The notes below the pieces were generated by a model that did not search any database, had not been told where the DNA came from, and saw only the letters and a program-made list of their open reading frames with translations. Positions 55,916-64,000 of a stretch of 64,000 nt of DNA are shown here, piece by piece (the stretch's first letter is position 1; each line of letters starts with the position of its first letter). The stretch is taken from NCBI GenBank assembly GCA_943788515.1, contig CALSQM010000003.1, positions 155,123-219,122 of the forward strand. The letters run 5' to 3'. The position numbers and the translations under genes were made by a program. This stretch comes from an uncultured SAR86 cluster bacterium. Lineage in GTDB: Bacteria; Pseudomonadota; Gammaproteobacteria; Magnimaribacterales; D2472.

Positions 55916-56511
55916 ATGAAAAAGGGGCATTAACTATTCCTGATAAATATAATGATATATCAGAAACTCTAAGCACTGCAGAATCAATCTTAGATAACGC
56001 AGTTGATAATGCAAAAACACTTTTTCATACCCTGGTTCTATCTTCACATGATGAAGATAAAATAGTATCAAGAGTAGTGGTATTAAGGGAATTCAACCCT
56101 GAGGAAAGATATCTTCGGTTTCATACAGATGCCAGAGCTCCAAAAATTAAACATTTCCAAAAAAATAGCAATGCATCCATACTTGGGTATGATCCAGCAT
56201 TAAAAATTCAAATGAAGCTTCAAGGAAATGTTGAAGTTCATTTAAATAATGAAGTTACAAAAGCATCATGGAACGAATCAACTGCTAGATCTAAAAAGTG
56301 TTATTCGGTTGATGGAGGGTCATCGCTAGAAATAGATAATCCTGCAGAATATGATCTAAAGGATGGAAATATTGAAGATGGGTACTTAAATTTTGCAGTA
56401 CTTAAATTTAAATATACGTCCTTGGAATTTCTTTATCTGAAGAGCTCAGGACATAGAAGGGCTATTCATTCATGGGATGAAGACCTTGTTTCCAACTGGC
56501 TAGTCCCTTAA
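55912..56511 (+). CDS. Pyridoxamine 5'-phosphate oxidase-like FMN-binding protein; ATG 55912 overlaps the cysS stop
   Basis: RVVVLRE, LRFHTDARAPK, GHRRA, WLVP. Confidence 0.8.
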   Translation: MNEKGALTIPDKYNDISETLSTAESILDNAVDNAKTLFHTLVLSSHDEDKIVSRVVVLREFNPEERYLRFHTDARAPKIKHFQKNSNASILGYDPALKIQMKLQGNVEVHLNNEVTKASWNESTARSKKCYSVDGGSSLEIDNPAEYDLKDGNIEDGYLNFAVLKFKYTSLEFLYLKSSGHRRAIHSWDEDLVSNWLVP

Positions 56512-56593
56512 AAACTTACTTTACTCATACTCCTATTAAAAAAATAATATTAATGTACTATTAATATGCATATTTAATTTGGGAGAAAAAATT

Positions 56594-57079
56594 ATGAATA
56601 AATTTTTATTTAGTGGCTTATTAATATTATCAACAAGTTTTGTATTTGCTGATGGTCATTCATCTGCAGAAAAAGAAGTTTTAAAGACTCTTGCAACATA
56701 TTTTGAGGCAAGAAATGCAGGTGACTGGGATACAGTTGTTGCTCATGAGAGTAAATCAGGAACTTATGGCACAAATTCAGATGGCAGTTTCCATAAGCCT
56801 GTAGTAATGCAAACAGCTGAGGATTGGGCTTCATCAGGCCAAGGCGGTTCTTTGAATGTTCATTACCCTGAAGCCATTCAATTATCAGATGATGTTGTTT
56901 ATGTCAGGTTTTATTATGAAGGAATGACTGAAGTTGAAGGTAATTCAAAGCCATACAGAACAAGAGTAACTATGAACTGGGTTAAAGAGGGCAGTAAATG
57001 GGTTGCCAAATCTCAACACTATTCATCCGCATCCTATGGCGGAGTTCATGTTTCACTAGCTGCTGATTTCGAAGACTGA
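56594..57079 (+). CDS. Secreted NTF2/SnoaL-like protein
   Basis: SD GGAG then ATG 56594; signal peptide ending VFA-DGH; RVTMNWVKEGSKW...HYS C-terminal strand pattern. Confidence 0.7.
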   Translation: MNKFLFSGLLILSTSFVFADGHSSAEKEVLKTLATYFEARNAGDWDTVVAHESKSGTYGTNSDGSFHKPVVMQTAEDWASSGQGGSLNVHYPEAIQLSDDVVYVRFYYEGMTEVEGNSKPYRTRVTMNWVKEGSKWVAKSQHYSSASYGGVHVSLAADFED

Positions 57080-57099
57080 TAGTAAAAAATTGAACTAAT

Positions 57100-57130
57100 A
57101 ATTAAAACCCTCTTTATGAGGGTTTTAATT
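57100..57130. terminator. Bidirectional intrinsic terminator between the NTF2-like gene and tRNA-Arg
   Basis: AATTAAAACCCTC-TTTAT-GAGGGTTTTAATT perfect 13-bp stem between convergent genes. Confidence 0.85.
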
Positions 57131-57133
57131 TAA

Positions 57134-57208
57134 TGGCGCCCTCTGCAGGAATCGAACCTGCAACTAATCCTTAGGAGGGATCTGTTATATCCATTTAACT
57201 AAGAAGGC
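57134..57208 (-). tRNA. tRNA-Arg(CCU)
   Basis: Reverse complement GCCTTCTTAGTTAAATGGATATAACAGATCC-CTCCTAA-GGATTAGTTGCAGGTTCGATTCCTGCAGAGGGCGCCA; anticodon CCT, encoded CCA. Confidence 0.95.
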
Positions 57209-57300
57209 GTATTTAAAAAAAAGATATTCTATAACATTAATTAAGACTTTATTAGTTATTACTAATTCAGTTCAATAATGTTTGCATATATAATTATGAA

Positions 57301-59232
57301 ATGAAAATAACATTACCTGATGGAAGTATAAAAGAATTATCTGATGGTTCCTCAGGTCTTGATCTTGCCTCTGATATTGGCCCAGGCTTAGCAAAAGCAG
57401 CCATAGCGTTAACTGTTAATGGTATCCAGAAAGATCTTTGCGATCCTTTAGATGATAACTCTGAAGTATCAATTATCACTATTGATTCTGAAGAAGGTCT
57501 TGAAATAATGCGACACACTCTTACCGCACAGGTTTTAGCTAGGGCAGTAAAAAACTTATACCCAGATACAAAGCTAGCAATTGGACCAACGATTGCTGAT
57601 GGTTTTTATTATGATTTTGAATTTAAGAAAGCCATATCACCTGATGACTTAGCTTCAATTGAAAAAGAGATGAAAAAAATTATCTCAAACGGCTCATCTA
57701 TAACAAAGACTCTTCATTCTAAATCTGATGCAATAAATATATTTAAAGGATTGAACGAGTCCTACAAAGAATCGATTATCAGCGAATCCGAACAAGATGA
57801 TAATTTCCAACTTTATTATCAAGATAATAATGAGTTTGTTGATCTTTGTAGAGGCCCTCATTTACCGAGTCTTAAGCATATTGGAGCCTTTAGGCTAACC
57901 AAGCTAGCTGGAGCATATTGGAAGGGTGATTCCAAGAATAAAATGCTGACAAGGATTTATGGAACTGCATGGATAAATGAAAAAGAATTAAATGCCTATC
58001 TTTTAAGAATCGAAGAGGCTGAAAAACGAGACCATAGAAAGCTTGGAAAAGAGATGAACTTATTTCATTTTCAAGAAGAAGCTCCAGGAATGGTTTTTTG
58101 GCATCCCAATGGATGGACAATTTATAGACTATTAGAGAATTTTATAAGAAATAAACTAGAACAATATAACTATCTAGAAATTAAAACTCCGCAAGTTGTT
58201 GATAGGAGATTGTGGGAAGCTTCTGGGCACTGGGACAAATATAGAGAAAATATGTTCATCACAGAAATAGATGAGGAGCATGCTAATGAAAAAAGAACGA
58301 ATGCTTTAAAGCCAATGAATTGTCCTTGTCATGTTCAGATATATAACCAAGGGCTAAAATCTTATAGGGATCTCCCTTTGAGATATGCAGAATTTGGTTC
58401 ATGTCATAGGTATGAGGCATCAGGAACTATGCATGGTCTTATGAGAGTAAGAGGCTTCACGCAAGATGATGGTCATATCTTTTGTACAGAAGAGCAAATC
58501 GAAAAGGAAACAGAGCTTTTTATAAATTTACTATCTGATATCTATAAAGATCTCGGATTTGAAACATTCGATATTAAACTTTCAACAAGACCTGAGGTGA
58601 GAGTTGGAAGTGATGAGGTGTGGGATAAAGCTGAGGCGGCTCTAGAGGGCGCAATTACAAAATTAAATCTTCCATTTACTATCGAAGAGGGCGATGGTGC
58701 CTTTTATGGACCAAAGCTTGATTTTGTTTTGACCGATGCTATTGGAAGAGAATGGCAGTGCGGAACCTTTCAGGCTGACTTTAATTTACCTGAAAGACTT
58801 GATGCTGAGTATGTTGGCGAAGATGGGTCAAAGCATAAGCCTGTAATGATTCATAGAGCAGTATTAGGTTCTTTTGAAAGATTTATTGGTGTCTTAATTG
58901 AAAACTACTCAGGAAGACTTCCATTTTGGTTGGCACCACTTCAGGTATCAGTAGCTACTATCATTTCTGATGTTGATGATTATGCAGAAGAAATAATCGG
59001 TTTACTAGAAGAAGCAGGTATCAGATGTCATGCAGATCTTAGAAATGAAAAAATAAGTTACAAAGTAAGAGAACATAGCTCTGCAAAAGTTCCAGTGATC
59101 ATGGCGCTAGGCCAAAGAGAAAAAGATAATAGAACAGTTTCGATTAGACGAATTGGAAGTGATAAGACAGAGACTATGGATCTAAAAGAGGCTCTGAAGA
59201 TTCTTTCAATTGAAAACAGCAATCCTAAGTAG
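57301..59232 (+). CDS. thrS: Threonine--tRNA ligase
   Basis: TGS domain, [42 protein letters not shown]. Confidence 0.98.
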   Translation: MKITLPDGSIKELSDGSSGLDLASDIGPGLAKAAIALTVNGIQKDLCDPLDDNSEVSIITIDSEEGLEIMRHTLTAQVLARAVKNLYPDTKLAIGPTIADGFYYDFEFKKAISPDDLASIEKEMKKIISNGSSITKTLHSKSDAINIFKGLNESYKESIISESEQDDNFQLYYQDNNEFVDLCRGPHLPSLKHIGAFRLTKLAGAYWKGDSKNKMLTRIYGTAWINEKELNAYLLRIEEAEKRDHRKLGKEMNLFHFQEEAPGMVFWHPNGWTIYRLLENFIRNKLEQYNYLEIKTPQVVDRRLWEASGHWDKYRENMFITEIDEEHANEKRTNALKPMNCPCHVQIYNQGLKSYRDLPLRYAEFGSCHRYEASGTMHGLMRVRGFTQDDGHIFCTEEQIEKETELFINLLSDIYKDLGFETFDIKLSTRPEVRVGSDEVWDKAEAALEGAITKLNLPFTIEEGDGAFYGPKLDFVLTDAIGREWQCGTFQADFNLPERLDAEYVGEDGSKHKPVMIHRAVLGSFERFIGVLIENYSGRLPFWLAPLQVSVATIISDVDDYAEEIIGLLEEAGIRCHADLRNEKISYKVREHSSAKVPVIMALGQREKDNRTVSIRRIGSDKTETMDLKEALKILSIENSNPK

Positions 59233-59243
59233 ATAAGTATGAG

Positions 59244-59444
59244 ATGTTTTTCATAAAGTTATTTATATTACCAATTCGTTTTTACAGATACTTTATTTCA
59301 CCCTTGACCCCACCATCTTGTAGATTTGAGCCTACTTGCTCTCAATACGCAATTAATTCTATTGAAGAGTTTGGAGTTATTAAAGGGTCAGTCATGGCAC
59401 TCAAAAGAATTTCAAAATGCCACCCTTGGTATAGGGGAGATTAG
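59244..59444 (+). CDS. yidD: Membrane protein insertion efficiency factor
   Basis: YRYFISP...[11 protein letters not shown]...KCHPW. Confidence 0.93.
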   Translation: MFFIKLFILPIRFYRYFISPLTPPSCRFEPTCSQYAINSIEEFGVIKGSVMALKRISKCHPWYRGD

Positions 59445-59588
59445 TTTCATTAATTCACTAATAAATAATTCATAATAATTAAATATATTTAACATATATA
59501 AATACATACATAAATATAGATATATATGAATATTAATGCTATGTTTATTAGATAAATAAGTTCAATGAAGCCATTAGGGGGGTCAAAT

Positions 59589-62297
59589 ATGAACAAACTA
59601 TCTAAACTTGCATTAAGTTGCAGCGTAGGTTTTCTTTTCTTTTTTTCTTTAAATGTTGTCTCGCAAGAGGTTGAAGAAGTAGTTGTTACGGCTACCAAAA
59701 AAGCTGAATCCGTTCAAGATCTAGCTTTATCAATTCAAGCATTTACAGCTGAAGATGTTTCAGAAAATATGATTGAAAATATGAGTGACTTAGCCGAAGT
59801 TGTTCCTGGATTAATTATGGATAAAGGCATCGGATCAGGTGCTGCTTATTCAATCAGGGGTACAGGTTCATACGGTGTTGGTGCTGCGGTTGTTGGAGCT
59901 GTTGTAACAGCCTCTAATGGTCATAGTTATAACTCATCAAGTATTGCTGATATCGGCTTCTTTGATGTTGAAAGGGTTGAAGTTTTAAAAGGACCTCAAG
60001 GTACTTTATTTGGAAGAAATGCTGTTGCTGGTGTTATTAATATGATTACAGCTAGGCCAACTGCTGAAGCTGGTGGTTATGTAGAAGTTGAAGCTGGTAA
60101 TCTTGCATTAGCTAAAACTAACATGCACTACAACCTACCTATTACAGATAGTATAAGAACCAGGCTTGCTTTCACTTCTAAAAAAAGAGACGGTGTTACT
60201 GAAAACATTAATACTGGAAATATGTTTAATGATGTAGACAGTTGGGGCGCAAGACTTTCAATGGATGTAGATATTGGTGATGATTCAACTCTTAAGTTCA
60301 CTTATGAAACTTATGAAAGTGATGACAACAGAAACAATATAGGAACTTCTTTTTGTGAACCGCATCCTTTATATGGTTGTAGTCCATTTACATTAGGAAC
60401 TCCTAATACAGCAGCCGATTCAAGAGGAAGTACTGCTGCCTTATTCAATCTAATTGGTGCTTTAAATTTTACTGCTGATAAAAACTCCTATGAAGGCGCT
60501 GCAGTTGTAGATACTTTCAAAAAAGCTAATTTAAATAGAGAGCCAGTTCATCAACAGACTGCTGACTTTGCTACTGTTGAGTTTAACCACGAGATAAACG
60601 ATGAATGGAGTATGGTTGCTAAATACTCTTACGCAACAAGAGATTACTTTCATATGAATGATAATGACTATTCTGTAGCTGTTCAGCCATTCCCTGGGAT
60701 TAATCCCAACAACTGGAATACCTATGTCATGGTACGGTTGTTTTGGTGGAGAGGGTTATGGTTTTTGTGAGACTGTAGATTCAGACAGAACTTATGAGTT
60801 CTCAGTTGTTTCTACTGATACACAACAGGGAGAAATTACATTTATTTCTGATAAAGACGGTCCTGTAAACTTTGTTTTAGGTGCATATACATTTGATCAA
60901 AGAAATAATAATAAATATCAAATTCAAACCGCTTCTTGGAATATGATTTCAAAAGCAGCTCAACATCCGTATAACATGCCAGTATTTGGTGGAGCTTTAA
61001 CTGGATATGGTGGTACTGACTTTTTCACTCGCTATGGTGCTTGGAGCTCCAGCTTCTTTGGCTCCTCCAGGAATCTTTGCCTTATTAGGATCGACCTCAA
61101 GTATGAAGTTCCTACAGATATTCAAGGATTCATTAATGAAGACCATGTGAGAAGTAAATCTATGGCTGTTTTTGGTGAGATGTATGTTGATCTATCAGAG
61201 GTAACTAAATTGACAGTTGGATTAAGATGGAATGATGATACTGTCAAAGATAGTGTTGCTTCATGTTTAACTTTCTTTACTTGTCCAAAGTATCCACTAT
61301 CTCAAAAATTAACAGGTGAATATGGGTTCTTCCCAACGCAGGTTACTGAGACAGATGATGCTTTGGCATACAAGCTAGCTATTCAGCATGACTTATCTGA
61401 CAATCAGATGGTGTACGCCAGTTACACAACTGCTGTAAAAGCTGGTGGTAACAACCCAAATTCAACTGGTACCCCAGATCCATACGCACCCAGAAGAGAC
61501 AGCGGTATTTGAACTAGGTACAAAAAGTATCCTTATGGACGGCGCATTACTTTTTAATGCTGCTTACTTCCAAAACACTACAGATGGAATGTTAATTTCA
61601 TCAATTGTTGAGGCTGGTTCAAAGAATAATAATGTTGATGCTGATATAAACGGTTTTGAAGGTAATGCAATTCTATTCTTAAGTGAAACTACTAGATTAG
61701 ACTTCAGTTGGCTTGCAGTAAAATCAGAAATTGGAGATTTTTCTTTAGTTAATCCATTAAATCCTAATGGAGCAACTCAGCTATTAAGCCCAGTAATAAA
61801 TGCAGATCCTCAGGGTATTGTTAGATATGCAGTCACAGATGCTGGAGTAATATTTAAGTCTGCTGGATCATTGTGTTTAGCACCTTTCAACCCTGCTGGT
61901 GGAGTTCCATGTTCTAATCCTGGAATTTTAACCGATGTTACTGGTAATCAGCTGCCTCAATCTCCTGAGCTTTCATATAGTTTGTCTCTTAATCAAGATT
62001 ACAACACTGATGGTGGTGTAACTACATTTAGACTTACATATAGATATCAATCAGAAAGATTTGGTGATGTATTTAATTCTGAAAGAGCTACTATGAACGA
62101 GCATAAGTATTTTGATACAAAAATTACGTATCAGCCAAATGATGCAAACTGGTTTGTTTCAGTTTATGGCAAAGAACCTCGCAAATGACCAATTTGTAGG
62201 TACTTGGGCTGCAGGAAGTCCTCTTCAAGGTGGAAATACATTTTCAACTTACACTGACCCAAGAACTTGGGGTGTGCAGTTTGGAACATCTTTCTAG
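59589..62297 (+). pseudogene. TonB-dependent receptor split by several frameshifts (ORFs 59565-60770, 60724-61512, 61445-62188, 62112-62297); real pseudogene or sequencing artefact
   Basis: Signal peptide, TonB box EEVVVTA, plug ERVEVLKGPQGTLFGRNA and C-terminal PRTWGVQFGTSF spread across consecutive frames. Confidence 0.85.
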
Positions 62298-62311
62298 TAT
62301 TTAGATGACTT

Positions 62312-62344
62312 AAAAAAGGCTGGAAATATTCCAGCCTTTTTTTT
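62312..62344 (+). terminator. Intrinsic terminator after TBDR1
   Basis: AAAAAAGGCTGGAA-ATA-TTCCAGCCTTTTTTTT hairpin with U-tract. Confidence 0.9.
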
Positions 62345-62456
62345 ATATTTAAATAATCCTCATATTTATATATAATATTTGTACTCAATTTTTGTTTAAA
62401 AAAAGCTGATATAGCCTACATTAGGCTTATTAATGACATTCATAAGGGGATCATTC

Positions 62457-64000
62457 ATGTCGAATATAAAATTATTCTTAAAAAATACTTTATTATTTAA
62501 TTTAGTCTTCATTTCTTTTGCTACATCAGCACAAGAAGTAGAAGAAGTTGTTGTTACTGCTACTAAGAAAGCAGAGTCAACACAGGATTTAGCGCTTTCT
62601 ATTGAAGCTCTAACCGCAGAATCACTTGATGTTAATCAGGTTTATGATGTTTCTGACCTTGCTGAGGTAACTCCAGGTCTTGAAACTTCTAAAGTAATTG
62701 GTTCTGGTTCAGGTTGGACAATCAGAGGAATGGGCTCATTTGGTATCGGTGCTGGTGTTACTGCATCAGTAGTTACAGCTGTCAATGGTCATAGTGTTAA
62801 CGATAGTGTTGTTGCTGATACTGGATTTTTTGACTTAGAAAGGGTTGAAGTTCTAAAAGGGCCTCAAGGTACTTTATATGGAAGAAATGCAGCTAATGGT
62901 GTCATCAACTTAATTACTGCAAGACCAACATCTGAATTTGAAGGTAAATATAGTGTTGATGTTGGTAATTTTGGAAAAATTCAAACTGAAGCAGTTGTAA
63001 ATATGCCTTTTTCTGACTCTTTAAGAACTAGACTTGCTGTTTTGTCTAATAAAAGAGATGGAATGATAACCAATACAGTTACTGGCAAAGATTTTGATGA
63101 CAGAAGTGATACTGCTTTCAGACTATCAGTAGATTATGACATTTCAGATGTTACTCAACTTCAGTTTACATATTCAGATCAAGAAAGTGATGATAATAGA
63201 ATGCAAGAAGAAGTTTCATTTTGTGCTCAAAGCTTATTCTTTGGTTGTAGTCCTTATGAAAGAGGTGGTATGAATGTTGCTGCAGATACAAGAGGCCACT
63301 TTGCTGGAGCATTTGCTTTACTAGCTCATTTACCAAATGGAGTAGTAGAAAATTCTTTTGCTAACCCAGTTGCATCTAGAGACTTTACTAAAGTTGGTCT
63401 AAATAGAGCTCCAACTCACTATCAAAAACAAACTGTAGCGAATCTACAAATTAATCATGATTTAAATGATAACTTGTTGCTAACAGCTAAGGTTTCATAT
63501 GAAACAAGAGACTTTCATCAAAGTGGTGATCAGGACTTATCATACACAACGACTCCTTTTGCTGGAACTGCAGCTAGCTTAGGCCAGCCTCCGGTTTCAG
63601 GTTATTTATGTTTTGGTGGAGAAAGACAATTCTGTGAAACTGTCGATTCAGAAAGAATTTATGATTTTTCTGACGTAAATATGAATGGAACTCAAATGGA
63701 AGTTAACTTAGTTTCTGACTACGATGGTCCACTTAACTATACAGTTGGTCTTTATCAAATAGAAAATAGAAATGATAATGTTTATATTGTTCAAACTGCT
63801 GGATCACAAATGATGACTAGTTTTGGAAACCATCCTTATAGTTCATTGGTTCAAGCTTTAGGCTTCCCTGACTGGTCAGCTAAAGGTGGAGTTGGTTTTT
63901 ATCAGGATATGCTAACTTGGTTAGGTCTTGCTGGTAATGCCCTTGGATGCCAGGCTGGAGCACCAACATGTAATCCTGCTTTAATTCCTGCTTTTAATGC
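62457..64000 (+). CDS. TonB-dependent receptor, paralog of the preceding one (runs off window end; not in ORF track)
   Basis: Manual translation MSNIKLFLKNTLLFNLVFISFATSAQEVEEVVVTATKKAESTQDLALS...ERVEVLKGPQGTLYGRNA; SD AAGGGG. Confidence 0.93.
   Translation, partial: MSNIKLFLKNTLLFNLVFISFATSAQEVEEVVVTATKKAESTQDLALSIEALTAESLDVNQVYDVSDLAEVTPGLETSKVIGSGSGWTIRGMGSFGIGAGVTASVVTAVNGHSVNDSVVADTGFFDLERVEVLKGPQGTLYGRNAANGVINLITARPTSEFEGKYSVDVGNFGKIQTEAVVNMPFSDSLRTRLAVLSNKRDGMITNTVTGKDFDDRSDTAFRLSVDYDISDVTQLQFTYSDQESDDNRMQEEVSFCAQSLFFGCSPYERGGMNVAADTRGHFAGAFALLAHLPNGVVENSFANPVASRDFTKVGLNRAPTHYQKQTVANLQINHDLNDNLLLTAKVSYETRDFHQSGDQDLSYTTTPFAGTAASLGQPPVSGYLCFGGERQFCETVDSERIYDFSDVNMNGTQMEVNLVSDYDGPLNYTVGLYQIENRNDNVYIVQTAGSQMMTSFGNHPYSSLVQALGFPDWSAKGGVGFYQDMLTWLGLAGNALGCQAGAPTCNPALIPAFN

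Noticed and set aside
59489-59698. 69-aa reverse ORF ending IYIYIYVCIYIC
   Set aside because: Translation of the TA-rich promoter region and the antisense of the TBDR signal peptide; low-complexity artefact.
60690-62180. Programmed frameshifting or phase variation in TBDR1
   Set aside because: Too many shift sites, and none lies in a long homopolymer, SSR or canonical slippery heptamer.
59970-62890. 53-bp near-identical repeat (59970-60022 vs 62838-62890, 3 mismatches)
   Set aside because: It encodes the conserved plug motif ERVEVLKGPQGTLxGRNA in two paralogues; protein constraint is a sufficient explanation, and it is not a mobile or CRISPR repeat.

Overview
AT-rich, very gene-dense core-genome segment of a streamlined marine-type Gammaproteobacterium. 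Gene order, tiny intergenic spacers and tandem TonB-dependent receptors suggest a SAR86-like lineage, but this is inference and there is no rRNA in the window. Gene order: proS (partial), aspS-yebC-[resolvase]-ybgC-tol-pal-cpoB-tRNA-Lys, bepA/perM/bcp, dapA-bamC-purC, a reduced isc operon, ndk-rlmN-rodZ-ispG-hisS-yfgM-bamB-der, sdhCDAB-sucAB-lpdA-sucCD, MATE, pdxB, msrB, murJ-ribF-ileS-lspA-ispH-ampD-ampG, groESL, folE-maf-cysS, tRNA-Arg, thrS-yidD and two paralogous TonB-dependent receptors (the first broken by indels). Most notable: (1) the ruvC-ruvA-ruvB slot between yebC and ybgC holds one small phage/archaeal-type (Hjc-like PD-(D/E)XK) resolvase; (2) an orphan after sucD resembles a phage T7 gp2.5-type ssDNA-binding protein, so the two may be domesticated phage recombination genes; (3) the isc operon lacks hscBA; (4) folE-maf-cysS...thrS-yidD looks alphaproteobacterial; (5) two genes appear to lack AUG starts and several look leaderless. 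No CRISPR array, integrase, transposase or rRNA was seen. All family calls come from motif recognition, not database searches.
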